Assembly: GCA_021835845.1 (NCBI GenBank) | Contig: JAKBJU010000002.1 | Span: forward strand, 118,130 to 182,129 | Direction of reading: 5' to 3' | DNA from: Pseudomonadota bacterium | GTDB lineage: Bacteria; Pseudomonadota; Gammaproteobacteria; Burkholderiales; JABEVD01 | Length of the DNA: 64,000 nt | Shown here: piece after piece, positions 20,675 to 30,860 of the stretch | Numbering within the stretch: position 1 is the first letter of the stretch | Layout: each line of letters starts with the position of its first letter | The notes under the pieces: generated by a model | The model's database searches: none | The model's input: the letters and a program-made list of their open reading frames with translations, nothing else | What the model was told of the DNA's origin: nothing | Translations under genes and position numbers: made by a program

Positions 20675-21913
20675 TCATTTTTTCTGGAGAAGCGCATAAA
20701 AAAAGCCATCTTGTTGATCGTTCGGCAGCAACGGCATTTCATCGATCAGGGCCGCTTCATGGTGTCTCTTCATGAATTCCTCGACAAGCCCGGCATTTTC
20801 CTCCTTGAAAACCGAGCAGGTCGAATAGAGCAATTTACCACCACTGGCCAATGTTTGCCACAAGGCTTCGAGGATGACGGCCTGCTGTCCGGCGAATCCG
20901 GCGATGTCTTCGGCTCGCCTCAGCCACTTGATGTCGGGGTGTCGACGCGCCACGCCCGATGCCGAACAGGGGACGTCGGCCAGGATGCGCTGGAAAGGCA
21001 CGCCGTCCCACCAGGATTTCGGATCGGCGGCATCGGATACCCGGACGTCGCCTTCGAGTCCCAGCCTGGAATAGTTTTCCAGAATCTGCCGGGATCGCGA
21101 TGCGCTGTTGTCCAGGGAAAGCAGATCGACCTGTGCGGTCTCGAGAATATGCGCCGACTTTCCTCCCGGTGCCGCGCAGGCATCCAGCACCCGCATGCCG
21201 TCCTTCAGGTCGAGAAGAGGCGCAGCCTGCTGCGCGCCCCAATCCTGCACGGATACGAGCCCCTCGGAAAACCCGGGCAGCTTTTCGACCGGCATCGGCT
21301 TTGCGAGCATCAGGGCATTGCCGGAAAGAACGCTGCATTCGATCCGGTTTTCCTGCAGCAGGATGCGGTAATCTGCAGGAGAGATTCTTCTCCGGTTGAC
21401 TCTCAGGGTCATGGGCGGGCGGGAATTCCCCGCATTCAGAATTTCCCGGTACTGCTCCGGATATTGCGCCTTCAGCCTGTCTATCCACCACAGGGGATGA
21501 TTGAACAGGGCGATCTCGCTGCCGGACGCGGCTTCCAGAAGCGCGTCCTTGCGGCGCAGGAAATTGCGCAGGACGGCATTGACGAGGCCTTTTCCCGAAT
21601 GCCTGGCAACTTCGACCGCATGATTGACGATGGCATGGTCCGGGGCCTGGGTGTATTGAAGCTGGTATAGCGCGACGAGGAGCAGGGCTTCTATTTGCCG
21701 GTCCTTCGGGGGGGTCTTGAGCAGGGCATCGAGCATGGTTTTCAGGGTGCCATAATGGCGGAAAACCCCGTAGCTGGAATCCTGGATCAGACCTTTCTGC
21801 TGCGCAGCAAGACCCGGGTTGGTGCGCCAAATCTCGCTCAATGTCCGGGTGAGGTTCCGTCCCTGCAGTGTCTTGAGCACGGCATCGCAGGCAAGGCGCT
21901 GGGATTGGAGCAT
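20675..21913 (-). CDS. rsmB: 16S rRNA (cytosine967-C5)-methyltransferase RsmB
   Basis: The track ORF extends to 22507, but that N-terminal extension is Arg/Pro-rich out-of-frame readthrough of fmt. The ATG at 21913 (MLQSQRLACDAVL...) lies 3 nt after the fmt stop. The protein has a NusB-like N-terminal domain and a SAM-methyltransferase core (DACAAPGGKS, DVPCSASG). Confidence 0.9.
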   Translation of the reverse strand: MLQSQRLACDAVLKTLQGRNLTRTLSEIWRTNPGLAAQQKGLIQDSSYGVFRHYGTLKTMLDALLKTPPKDRQIEALLLVALYQLQYTQAPDHAIVNHAVEVARHSGKGLVNAVLRNFLRRKDALLEAASGSEIALFNHPLWWIDRLKAQYPEQYREILNAGNSRPPMTLRVNRRRISPADYRILLQENRIECSVLSGNALMLAKPMPVEKLPGFSEGLVSVQDWGAQQAAPLLDLKDGMRVLDACAAPGGKSAHILETAQVDLLSLDNSASRSRQILENYSRLGLEGDVRVSDAADPKSWWDGVPFQRILADVPCSASGVARRHPDIKWLRRAEDIAGFAGQQAVILEALWQTLASGGKLLYSTCSVFKEENAGLVEEFMKRHHEAALIDEMPLLPNDQQDGFFYALLQKK

Positions 21914-21918
21914 CGGCT

Positions 21919-22848
21919 TTATCGCAGCCTGCTGCCGGCTTGAACGGGAAATCCGGAAAGGAACTGCGCCGCTGGAAGCCGCTTGCCGCCAGGCTTTTGC
22001 AGCACTTCGAGCAGCAGGGCATCCTGTCTGCAGGCCACAAGTATTCCGTCCGCATTTGCCGCCAGCACGTCTCCCGGCATGCCTGCGCTCCCCTCGACCC
22101 GGCGCGCCCGCCAGATTTTTACCGGAATGTCGCCGATGAGGCACGCCGCGCCGGGAAAGGGGTCGAAGGCGCGGATCATTCTTTCGATCTGCCGTGCGCC
22201 ATCGCTCCAGTTTATGCCCGCCTCGGATTTGCTCAGCTTGGCGGCATAACAGGCGCCGGCTTCTTCCTGGGGTTTGCCCGGAAAACGGCCGGCCGGGTTG
22301 TTCGCAAGCAGGTCGACGATGCATCTCGCCCCCAGGGCGGCAAGCTTGTCGTGCAGGGTCTGGGCGGTATCGCTGTCGGCAATGGGGATTTCTGCCATGG
22401 CGAGGATGTTTCCGGTGTCGAGTCCGGCATCCATTTGCATCAGGGTGATCCCCGTTTTCCCGTCGCCGGAAAGGATTGCCCTCTGGATGGGGGCGGCCCC
22501 GCGCCATCTTGGCAGGAGAGAGGCGTGGATGTTGATGCAGCCGAGTCTCGGAATGTTCAGAACGGATTCCGGAAGGATCAGCCCGTAGGCTGCAACGACC
22601 ATGGCGTCGGCTTCGAGCGAAGCCAGCCGATTTTCGGTCGCCGGGCTGCCCTTCAATGTCGATGGCTGCAGCAGGGGCAGGCCGTGCTGCTGGGCGAACA
22701 CTTTGACCGGACTCGGCATCGTTTTCATGCCCCGCCCCGCAGCCTTGTCGGGCTGGGTGAGCACCAGCGCGATTTCGTGCCCTGCCGCAACGAGCGCGTC
22801 GAGTGCAGCTGCAGCAAACAGGGGGGTTCCCGCGAAAATGATCTTCAA
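21919..22848 (-). CDS. fmt: Methionyl-tRNA formyltransferase
   Basis: The conserved N-terminus (L)KIIFAGTPLFAA begins at the TTG at 22848, 3 nt after the def stop. No in-frame ATG fits. The longer track ORF overlaps def. Confidence 0.88.
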   Translation of the reverse strand: MKIIFAGTPLFAAAALDALVAAGHEIALVLTQPDKAAGRGMKTMPSPVKVFAQQHGLPLLQPSTLKGSPATENRLASLEADAMVVAAYGLILPESVLNIPRLGCINIHASLLPRWRGAAPIQRAILSGDGKTGITLMQMDAGLDTGNILAMAEIPIADSDTAQTLHDKLAALGARCIVDLLANNPAGRFPGKPQEEAGACYAAKLSKSEAGINWSDGARQIERMIRAFDPFPGAACLIGDIPVKIWRARRVEGSAGMPGDVLAANADGILVACRQDALLLEVLQKPGGKRLPAAQFLSGFPVQAGSRLR

Positions 22849-22853
22849 GGCGC

Positions 22854-23357
22854 TTACATCCGCTCCCGGGCCAGTTTCTTCATTTTGGCCAGGATTCTGG
22901 TTTGCTTCAGGCGCGACAGATATTCGACGAACACCTTGCCCTTCAGGTGATCGATTTCGTGCTGGATGCATACCGAAAGCAGTCCGTCCGCCCGGATTTC
23001 GAAAGGTTCTCCATTCTGGTCCCGGGCGCTGACCGTGATGTTTTCGGCCCGTTCGACGCTTTCGAATATTCCCGGAACAGAAAGACAGCCCTCCTCGATA
23101 TAAGACGTTCCGCTTGTGGCGATGATTTCTGGATTGATCAGGACGACGGGTTTGTCCCGATTCTCGGAAAGATCTGTCACGATGATCTGCTTCTGCACAT
23201 CGACCTGTGTGGCTGCGAGGCCCACGCCGGGCGCCGCATACATGGTCTCCAGCATGTCGGATACCAGCGTTTTGAGCGCTTCGTCGAAAACGTCCACCTT
23301 GGAGGCGACCAGATGAAGCCGCTCGTCAGGGTATTGAAGAATTTTCATTATTGCCAT
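22854..23357 (-). CDS. def: Peptide deformylase
   Basis: The start is the ATG at 23357 ([14 protein letters not shown]...). The motifs [14 protein letters not shown] and QHEIDHL are present. The upstream part of the track ORF is not Def-like. Confidence 0.93.
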   Translation of the reverse strand: MAIMKILQYPDERLHLVASKVDVFDEALKTLVSDMLETMYAAPGVGLAATQVDVQKQIIVTDLSENRDKPVVLINPEIIATSGTSYIEEGCLSVPGIFESVERAENITVSARDQNGEPFEIRADGLLSVCIQHEIDHLKGKVFVEYLSRLKQTRILAKMKKLARERM

Positions 23358-23424
23358 AGATACTTGCCAATTTGGTTTGCCGGATGCAGAATCTGGCGGA
23401 TTGTATTCGCCGTCAGGAGCGTCA

Positions 23425-24450
23425 ATGCGCAAGCTTATTATATATTTGTTTTTATTTTCGGGCTTGGTTCCTTTGGGCCTTCGCGCCGAGGCGCTCCAGT
23501 TGCAGGACAAGGCCCCGACCCGATATGTCGTCGTTCCCGGCGATACGCTCTGGGGAATCTCCGCCCGCTTTCTCAAGGATCCCTGGAAATGGCCGCAGAT
23601 CTGGGGAATGAACCGGGAGGAAATCGAAAACCCGCATCTGATCTATCCTGGCGATGTGATCGTTCTGGAGAACGACGGGGGGAATCCCAGGCTCAGGGTG
23701 GAGTCGCAGGGGGCGCAGGGGGCAAGCGCAACGGTGCGCCTTGAGCCGGGAGTCCGGATCAGCGACTTGGGCAGGGCGATACCCAGCATCCCGCTTTCCG
23801 CCATAAGCCCCTTTCTGTCCAGAACGAGGATCGTAAGCCAGAAAGTCTGGAATGGCGCGCCCAAGCTGATTTCCGGCGAAAACGGGAACGATGTCCTGGG
23901 GACGGGGTATGTCGGATATGTTACTGGATTGTCCGGCGGCGCCGTCACCTGGTCGGTATACGGGAAGGGCAGGGAGCTCGCCGATCCTGACAGCGGCAAG
24001 CCTCTCGGCCTTGAAATCGATTATCTCGGTGAAGCGAAGCTGGTCAAGCCCGGCAATCCTGCCAAAATCGAGATCACCCAGTCGGCCAAGGAAATCGGAA
24101 TGGGGGCGGCGCTGCTGCCGGTCGTCGAGCAGACGATCACCCATTTTGTGCCGCATGCCCCGGACAAGCCGATAAATGGCCGCATCCTCCCGTCCGACGA
24201 CAAATCCGAAATTGCCCAGAACGACGCCGTTATACTCGATGTCGGCAGCAGCGACGGGGTCGAACTGGGCACTGTGCTTGCGGTCGACCGCGCGGGGAGG
24301 TCGGTGATGGAGGGGGACAGGAACATCCAGCTGCCACCCAGGCGCGTAGGCCTCGTCATGATTTTCCGCGTATATGACAGGGTTTCCTATGCGCTCGTCG
24401 TCCAAAGCGAGCGCACCATTCATGCCGGAGATGTTGTCAGGACGCCCTGA
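23425..24450 (+). CDS. LysM-domain peptidoglycan-binding protein (secreted)
   Basis: The ATG at 23425 is preceded by AGGAG. The product has a signal peptide ([23 protein letters not shown]) and a LysM motif ([17 protein letters not shown]...YPGDVIVL). The gene is divergent from def. Confidence 0.8.
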   Translation: MRKLIIYLFLFSGLVPLGLRAEALQLQDKAPTRYVVVPGDTLWGISARFLKDPWKWPQIWGMNREEIENPHLIYPGDVIVLENDGGNPRLRVESQGAQGASATVRLEPGVRISDLGRAIPSIPLSAISPFLSRTRIVSQKVWNGAPKLISGENGNDVLGTGYVGYVTGLSGGAVTWSVYGKGRELADPDSGKPLGLEIDYLGEAKLVKPGNPAKIEITQSAKEIGMGAALLPVVEQTITHFVPHAPDKPINGRILPSDDKSEIAQNDAVILDVGSSDGVELGTVLAVDRAGRSVMEGDRNIQLPPRRVGLVMIFRVYDRVSYALVVQSERTIHAGDVVRTP

Positions 24451-25522
24451 TTCTGCCGTGAAAGATGCCGCAGGCTGGATTGCGCTGAGTACCGTTGCCG
24501 GCCTGGGCGGCGAATCTTTCAGAAGGCTGCTCGCCGCTTTCGGCGGGCCGGAAGCGGTGCTTCAGGCGGGCAGGCATGATCTTTCCGGAATCGTCGAGCC
24601 GGCTCTTGCCGGACGCATCCTGCAGGGTCCAGACAGGCAGGCTGTCGAAGTTGCGCTGAAGTGGCTGGAAGAGCCGGCCAACGACCTCGTCACCCTGGCC
24701 GACGAAGATTATCCCCGCCTTCTCCTGAATGTGCCCGATCCGCCGCCCTTCTTGTATCTCAGGGGAAACCGGTCCCTTCTGGGAAGGCAGGCCATCGCCA
24801 TCGTCGGAAGCCGCAATGCCACTCCCCAGGGTATCGAAAATGCGAGAAATTTCGCCAGAGTACTGAGCGATGCCGGGCTTTGCATCGTCAGCGGGCTCGC
24901 TCTCGGGATCGATGCTGCTGCGCACGAAGGCGGCCTGTCCGGCGCATCGGGCAGCATCGCCGTCGTCGGGACCGGGATCGATGTTTCCTATCCCGCGCGA
25001 AATGCCGGTCTTGCCCGCGAACTGGAAGGAAGGGGGCTGATCGTTTCCGAGTTCGCGCTGGGAACGCCGCCCCTGGGCACCAATTTTCCGCGGCGCAATC
25101 GCATCATCAGCGGCCTTTCCTTGGGCTGCCTGGTCGTGGAGGCGGGAATCAGGAGCGGCTCCCTGATCACGGCAAGGCACGCCCTGGAACAGGGCAGGGA
25201 GGTTTTCGCCATTCCCGGGTCGATCCATTCCCCGCTTTCCAAGGGGCCCCACAAGCTGATCAAGCAAGGGGCCAAGCTGGTGGAGGCCGCGCAGGACATA
25301 CTCGAGGAGCTCGGTCTGCCTGCGCCGGCAGCGGCGCCTGTTGCCGCGCAGCCGGAAACCGGGGGCCTTCTGGACAGCATGGGCTTCGATCCTGTCGATG
25401 CGGATACTCTCTGCCTCAGGACGGGTCTTTCGCCGCAGACTGTTTCCGTCCGCCTGCTCGAGCTGGAAATCGCCGGGCTGGTGAAGGGCATGCCGGGAGG
25501 AATGTACCAGCGGCTGCGTTAA
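24422..25522 (+). CDS. dprA: DNA-processing protein DprA (Smf)
   Basis: The DprA Rossmann core is present (IAIVGSRNATPQG...IVSGLALGIDAAAHEG). The start is ambiguous among 24374, 24422 and 24431. All three choices overlap the end of the LysM gene. Confidence 0.85.
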   Translation: MPEMLSGRPDSAVKDAAGWIALSTVAGLGGESFRRLLAAFGGPEAVLQAGRHDLSGIVEPALAGRILQGPDRQAVEVALKWLEEPANDLVTLADEDYPRLLLNVPDPPPFLYLRGNRSLLGRQAIAIVGSRNATPQGIENARNFARVLSDAGLCIVSGLALGIDAAAHEGGLSGASGSIAVVGTGIDVSYPARNAGLARELEGRGLIVSEFALGTPPLGTNFPRRNRIISGLSLGCLVVEAGIRSGSLITARHALEQGREVFAIPGSIHSPLSKGPHKLIKQGAKLVEAAQDILEELGLPAPAAAPVAAQPETGGLLDSMGFDPVDADTLCLRTGLSPQTVSVRLLELEIAGLVKGMPGGMYQRLR

Positions 25523-25585
25523 TTTTCTTGCCCTCTTCTGTTTTTGTTTCTATGATCCACGAATCTTTGTAATCAGCGCAGCTCA

Positions 25586-28108
25586 ATGTCATCCAATCTG
25601 CTCATCGTCGAATCGCCTTCCAAGGCCAAAACCCTGAAGAAATATCTTGGCAAGGATTTCGAAATCGTCGCCAGCTTCGGTCATGTGCGCGATCTCGTCC
25701 CTAAGCAGGGGGCGGTGGATCCGGAAAACAATTTCGCGATGGACTACAAGCTGATCGAGCGCAACACGAGGCATGTAGACGAAATAATCAAGGCAGCGGG
25801 GATTGCCGAGCGGATCTATCTTGCGACCGACCCGGACAGGGAAGGGGAGGCGATAGCCTGGCATATTTCCGAGATACTCGCCAGCAAGCCCAAGCTCAGG
25901 ACGAAGCCCCTCAAGCGGGTGGCTTTCTACGAGATTACGGAGTCCGCAGTGAAGGATGCGGTCGCCCATCCCAGGGACATTTCCATGCCGCTCGTCAATG
26001 CGCAGCAGGCGCGGCGCGCACTCGACTATCTGGTCGGCTTCAATCTTTCCCCCTTGCTCTGGCGCAAGGTGAGGCCCGGCCTTTCCGCAGGCAGGGTGCA
26101 GAGCCCGGCGCTGCGCCTGATCACCGAAAGGGAGCTGGAAATCCAGAACTTCGAGGCGCGGGAATACTGGACCATCCATCTCGACAGCCACAAGGGGGCC
26201 GATGCCTTCACGGCCAAGCTGTTTCAGTACAAGGGGGAAAAGCTCAAGCAGTTCGACATCTCGAACGAGGAAAGAGGCAAGGAGATCGTCGCCGAATTTC
26301 TCGCGGAAAAGGGCGCTTCGGGCAGGATCGCCAACGTCGAGAAAAAGCGCAAGCTTCGCCATGCTGCGCCGCCCTTCACCACCTCCACCCTGCAGCAGGA
26401 AGCGGTCAGGAAGCTCGGCATGACGACCGAGCGCACCATGCGCATCGCCCAGCAGCTTTACGAGGGGATCGACATAGGCGGTTCGACGGTGGGCCTCATC
26501 ACCTACATGAGGACCGACTCGCTTTCGCTCGCCGGGGAGGCGATCCAGGAAATGAGGGACTATGTCTCCCGAACCTTCGATGCCGGATACCTGCCCAAAC
26601 AGCCCAACGTTTACAAGAGCAAGGCCAAGAATGCCCAGGAAGCGCACGAGGCGATTCGGCCCACCTCGATTCTGAGAACGCCCGAGAGCGTGTCGAAATA
26701 TCTCAACCAGGATCAGGCGAGGCTGTACGAGATGATCTGGAAAAGGGCGATCGCGAGCCAGATGAGTCCGGCCCAGTTCGATACCGTGAGCCTAGACATT
26801 TCCCTGGTTCATCCCGATTCGCTGTTCCGGGCGACCGGCCAGACCCTGGTCTTCCCCGGCTTCATCGCGGTCTATCGGGAAGGAGTGGACGACGAGGAAG
26901 ATTCGGAAGAAGGGAAATTGCCCCAGCTCGCGGCAGGCGAAACCGTCCCGGTGGACAGGCTCTACGGGGAGCAGCATTTCACGCAGCCCCCGCCCAGGTA
27001 CAGCGAGGCCTCCCTCGTCAAGACCCTGGAGGAATACGGCATAGGCAGGCCCTCGACCTATGCCTCGATCATTTCGACCCTGCTCGACCGCGAATACGTG
27101 ACGCTCGACAAGAAGCGCTTCATGCCCACCGACGTGGGCTATGTGGTCAACCGCTTTCTCACCGAGCATTTCTCCTCCTACCTGGACTACGATTTCACCG
27201 CCAATCTCGAAAACCAGCTCGACTCGATTTCGGCGGGAACACGGGAATGGATACCGCTTCTCGAGGATTTCTGGAAAGGCTTTTCCTCCCTTATCGAGGA
27301 AAAGAAGAACATTTCCAGGAAGGAAGTCACGCAGGAGCTGCTGGAAGAAGCCTGCCCGAAATGCGGCAAGCCGCTTTGCATGAGGCTCGGGAAAAGGGGA
27401 AGGTTCATCGGCTGCAGCGGCTTTCCGGAGTGCGATTACACCCGCAACATGGGCGAGGAAGGGGCGGATTCAACGAACGAGCCCAAGGTGCTCGGCGTGG
27501 ACGAGGCTTCCGGGCAATCCGTCACGCTCCTGAAGGGTCCCTATGGCCATTATCTTCAGGTTGGGGAGGGCGCAGAGGGGAAGAAGCCCAGGCGCGTATC
27601 GTGGCCCAAGGAAATTCCCGTCGAATCGGCCAGCATGGACGCTGCGAGGCAGCTGCTTTCCCTTCCCAGGGAAGTGGGCATCCATCCCGAAACGGGCAAG
27701 AAGATCGTGGCGAACATCGGCCGCTTCGGCCCCTACGTCAACCACGACGGGACCTTCAAGTCCATTCCGAAATCCGAGAGCGTGTTTTCCATAGACCTGG
27801 ATCGGGCAGTTGCCCTGCTTGCCGAGGCGAGGACCGACAAGAATTTGCTGAGGGAGCTGGGGAGTCATCCGGACGGCAAGCCGGTCGCCGTCTACAGCGG
27901 GAAATACGGGCCGTACGTCAAGCATGGACGGGAGAATGCGAAAATCCCATCGGGGTACGATGCCGACACGGTGACCTTGGAAGCCGCTCTGGAAGCGCTG
28001 GCGCTCAAGGCCGAAAAGCCGGCCAAGGGAAAGGCGAAGCCTGCGAAGAAGGCGCCCGCCAAGAAGGCCGCCAGGCCTGCGGCAAAGGCGAAAAAGGCTG
28101 CCGCCTGA
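25586..28108 (+). CDS. topA: DNA topoisomerase I
   Basis: The 840-aa ORF has a TOPRIM N-terminus (LLIVESPSKAKTLKKYLG) and the active-site region ITYMRTDS. It has a zinc ribbon (CPKCGKPL...CSGFPEC) and a Lys/Ala-rich C-terminal tail. Confidence 0.95.
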   Translation: MSSNLLIVESPSKAKTLKKYLGKDFEIVASFGHVRDLVPKQGAVDPENNFAMDYKLIERNTRHVDEIIKAAGIAERIYLATDPDREGEAIAWHISEILASKPKLRTKPLKRVAFYEITESAVKDAVAHPRDISMPLVNAQQARRALDYLVGFNLSPLLWRKVRPGLSAGRVQSPALRLITERELEIQNFEAREYWTIHLDSHKGADAFTAKLFQYKGEKLKQFDISNEERGKEIVAEFLAEKGASGRIANVEKKRKLRHAAPPFTTSTLQQEAVRKLGMTTERTMRIAQQLYEGIDIGGSTVGLITYMRTDSLSLAGEAIQEMRDYVSRTFDAGYLPKQPNVYKSKAKNAQEAHEAIRPTSILRTPESVSKYLNQDQARLYEMIWKRAIASQMSPAQFDTVSLDISLVHPDSLFRATGQTLVFPGFIAVYREGVDDEEDSEEGKLPQLAAGETVPVDRLYGEQHFTQPPPRYSEASLVKTLEEYGIGRPSTYASIISTLLDREYVTLDKKRFMPTDVGYVVNRFLTEHFSSYLDYDFTANLENQLDSISAGTREWIPLLEDFWKGFSSLIEEKKNISRKEVTQELLEEACPKCGKPLCMRLGKRGRFIGCSGFPECDYTRNMGEEGADSTNEPKVLGVDEASGQSVTLLKGPYGHYLQVGEGAEGKKPRRVSWPKEIPVESASMDAARQLLSLPREVGIHPETGKKIVANIGRFGPYVNHDGTFKSIPKSESVFSIDLDRAVALLAEARTDKNLLRELGSHPDGKPVAVYSGKYGPYVKHGRENAKIPSGYDADTVTLEAALEALALKAEKPAKGKAKPAKKAPAKKAARPAAKAKKAAA

Positions 28109-28114
28109 GCCTGC

Positions 28115-28660
28115 ATGGCGCTCAAATCCACCATATTCAAGGCGAGCCTGCAGGTCTCCGACATGGACCGCAGCCATTACGGCAGCCATTTTCTGACCCT
28201 TGCCCGCCATCCTTCGGAGACCGACGAGCGCATGATGGTCAGGCTGCTCGCCTTCGCGCTCAACGCATCCGACGCCCTTGTTTTCGGCAACGGGCTTTCC
28301 GCTGACGACGAGCCCGATCTCTGGCAGAAGGATCTGACCGGCAGCATCGAGCTCTGGCTCGACGTCGGCCTGCCTGACGAGAAGCTGGTCCGGAAGGCCT
28401 GCGGCCGCGCAAACAGGGTGATCGTATATACTTACGGCGGACGAGCCGCCGAGATCTGGTGGAATCAGTCAAGGCCGAAGCTCGAAAGAATCGCCAACCT
28501 GACCGTGATCAACGTTCGACAGGAGTCCACCCGCGCACTTGCGGATCTTGCGCAGCGCAGCATGCAGCTGCAGTGCATCATCCAGGACGGGACGGTCCTG
28601 TTCTCGGGCGGCGAAGAAACCGTTTCGGTGATGCTGGAGCATATCAAGGCTCCGGACTAG
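28115..28660 (+). CDS. yaeQ: YaeQ-family protein (function unknown)
   Basis: The 181-aa ORF begins MALKSTIFKASLQVSDMDRSHY..., which is a typical YaeQ N-terminus. It starts 6 nt after the topA stop. Confidence 0.75.
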   Translation: MALKSTIFKASLQVSDMDRSHYGSHFLTLARHPSETDERMMVRLLAFALNASDALVFGNGLSADDEPDLWQKDLTGSIELWLDVGLPDEKLVRKACGRANRVIVYTYGGRAAEIWWNQSRPKLERIANLTVINVRQESTRALADLAQRSMQLQCIIQDGTVLFSGGEETVSVMLEHIKAPD

Positions 28661-28714
28661 CGGGAGTCGCCGAAGGATTCTTTCTTGCCGGATTTTGGAA
28701 AAGGAAAACTGCTC

Positions 28715-29869
28715 ATGAGCTGCAAGCGCTGCGCCCATTTCTTTGCCGCCCTCAATCCGCTTTCCCATATCGACCATCCGCGCGACATGATCCGTCAGTT
28801 CACGCCGAACTGGTTCGCTTCCACCATGGGAACCGGAATCCTCGCGCTCAGCCTGCCGCAGGTTCCCGGCGCAGGCCCGACATTGCATGCCATTGGCGAA
28901 GGGCTGTGGCTGTTCAATATCGGCCTGTTCCTGCTCTATACCGTGCTCTACACTTCCCGCTGGATCCTGTTTTGGGACGAGGCCAGGCGCATTTTCAGCC
29001 ACAACATCGTTTCGATGTTCATCGGCACCATTCCGATGGGGCTTGCAACCATCCTGAATGGATTCCTGATGTTCGGCGTGCCGCGGTGGGGTGCCGGCAT
29101 GATTGACGTTGCCCATGCGCTCTGGTGGCTCGACGTTGCGCTTTCCATCGGCTGCGGCGTGCTGTTGCCCTATTTCATGTTCACGCGACAGGATCACCGC
29201 ATGGAGAACATGACTGCAGTGTGGCTTCTGCCGATCGTCGCCGCGGAAGTTGCAGCTTCCAGCGGCGGTCTGCTCGCGCCCTATCTGGCCGGCGCGGGCG
29301 ACAAATTCCTGACGCTCGTTCTCAGCTATGTGCTTTGGGCGCTTTCGGTCCCGGTTGCGCTCTGCATCATTGCGATACTGATTCTGCGGATGGCGCTGCA
29401 CAGGCTTCCTCCAGACAGCATGGCCGCATCTTCCTGGCTGCCGCTGGGACCCCTCGGTACGGGTGCGCTCGGGATGCTGGTCCTGGGTGCAGACGCGCCC
29501 CCCATCTTCGCCGCGCACGGTCTCGCCGATTTCGGCATGATCGCGGAAGGCATCGGGCTGATTGGGGGCTTGCTGCTTTGGGGCGCCGGGCTGTGGTGGG
29601 TGATGCTCGCCACCCTCATCACGATCCGCCATTTCCGGGCAGGGATACCGTTCAATCTGGGATGGTGGGGCTACACCTTTCCGTTGGGCGTCTATACGGT
29701 TTCGACCCTCAAGCTCGGGGTGCTTCTGAAAATGAGCGCGTTCTCGATATTCGGAACATTCCTGGTCATGGTGCTCGCCACGATGTGGTCGCTTGTCGCT
29801 GTGCTTACCCTCCATGGCGGCTGGAAGGGGCACCTTTTCGTTTCTCCCTGCATCGCTTCCCCCAACTGA
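28715..29869 (+). CDS. TDT-family (TehA/Mae1/SLAC1-like) anion transporter
   Basis: This is a polytopic membrane protein with the family-typical N-terminal motif FTPNWFASTMGTGILAL. I chose the ATG at 28715, which has an AAGGAAA RBS, over the track's TTG at 28685. Confidence 0.75.
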   Translation: MSCKRCAHFFAALNPLSHIDHPRDMIRQFTPNWFASTMGTGILALSLPQVPGAGPTLHAIGEGLWLFNIGLFLLYTVLYTSRWILFWDEARRIFSHNIVSMFIGTIPMGLATILNGFLMFGVPRWGAGMIDVAHALWWLDVALSIGCGVLLPYFMFTRQDHRMENMTAVWLLPIVAAEVAASSGGLLAPYLAGAGDKFLTLVLSYVLWALSVPVALCIIAILILRMALHRLPPDSMAASSWLPLGPLGTGALGMLVLGADAPPIFAAHGLADFGMIAEGIGLIGGLLLWGAGLWWVMLATLITIRHFRAGIPFNLGWWGYTFPLGVYTVSTLKLGVLLKMSAFSIFGTFLVMVLATMWSLVAVLTLHGGWKGHLFVSPCIASPN

Positions 29870-29872
29870 CCG

Positions 29873-30766
29873 CTATCCCGGGCTTCGCAGAATCTCGATG
29901 AATTTCTGAACCAGGGGCTGCTGTGGCCGCTCCCTGAGTTGCAGCAGAAACAGGGAGCGGTGCATCGGGTGGAAATTTACGGCCCTGATCTTGTCCAGAT
30001 TCACGAGCTCCCTGGCAACCAGGGCGGGCAGTATCGCTATTCCTATGCCTGCAGCTACCGTGCGGGCAATGCCTTCGTTGCTTCCGATTTGGATCATTCG
30101 GCCGGGCAAAATGCCATGGTCCTGCAGCATCCTTTCGCCGACTTCCCTGGTTCCCGATCCCGGTTCACGCACGAGCCAAATTTCTTCCCTCAGCATATCC
30201 GCGCTGACGTTCTGCGTGCGATCAACCTTCGAGCCGGGATGGGTGAAAATGCGCATCTCGTCTTCCTGCCAGTCCGTCATCAGGATGCGCGGATCCTCAA
30301 CGATCCCCTCGACAAGCGCCAAATCGATTTCGCACTCTATCAGCGACCGGCTGATCTCCTGCGTGTTGCCCACCTTGACTTCAAGATGGATCGAGGGGTG
30401 CAGATGCAGGAAGCGGGCGGCATAGGAAGGAAGCCAGTATCCTGCGATGGTGGTGCTCGCACCCACGACCAGCTTTCCGCGCTGCGAGCCGACCCGGGCA
30501 AGGATATCCGCGACGGCGGCACGCTCGAGTGCAAAGATGCCTCTTGCGTGCTCGTAAAGCGTCCGCCCGCTGTCCGTCAGCCGAAACCCCCGGCCGCCGT
30601 TCGCACCCGACGCTCCTCGCTCCAAGAGCGGCAGCCCGAGCTGCTTTTCAAGTTCGCGCACGGCTTTGGACACGGCAGGCTGGCTGATATACAGGGTTGC
30701 TGCCGCACGGGAAAAGCTGCCCTGTTCCGCGACATGAAAGAATACCCTAAGCAAATGAAGATTCAT
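29873..30766 (-). CDS. LysR-family transcriptional regulator (YeiE-like by context)
   Basis: The 297-aa ORF has the HTH FSRAAATLYISQPAVSKAVRELEKQLGLPLLER. It is divergent from a YeiH-type membrane protein gene. Confidence 0.85.
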   Translation of the reverse strand: MNLHLLRVFFHVAEQGSFSRAAATLYISQPAVSKAVRELEKQLGLPLLERGASGANGGRGFRLTDSGRTLYEHARGIFALERAAVADILARVGSQRGKLVVGASTTIAGYWLPSYAARFLHLHPSIHLEVKVGNTQEISRSLIECEIDLALVEGIVEDPRILMTDWQEDEMRIFTHPGSKVDRTQNVSADMLREEIWLVREPGSGTREVGERMLQDHGILPGRMIQIGSNEGIARTVAAGIGIAILPALVARELVNLDKIRAVNFHPMHRSLFLLQLRERPQQPLVQKFIEILRSPG

Positions 30767-30785
30767 AACCGATTTTCATCCATGT

Positions 30786-30809
30786 ATGATTTATATGCAT
30801 TTGAATCAT
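30786..30809. promoter_or_regulatory. Candidate LysR operator (inverted repeat)
   Basis: ATGATT-N12-AATCAT is a perfect 6-bp inverted repeat. It lies in the 94-bp divergent spacer between the LysR gene and the YeiH-type gene. Confidence 0.35.
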
Positions 30810-30860
30810 ATTGTAACAGCGATTATTCTGGTCATCATCGTCAAATGACCGGGGAAATTC

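Noticed and set aside
20591-24423. Several 300-400-aa alternative-frame ORFs lie across rsmB, fmt, def and the LysM gene. Examples are 20591..21670 (+), 20835..22055 (-), 21940..22950 (+) and 23452..24423 (-).
   Set aside because: Each overlaps a gene with strong family motifs. Their products are Arg/Pro/Gly-rich and motif-free.
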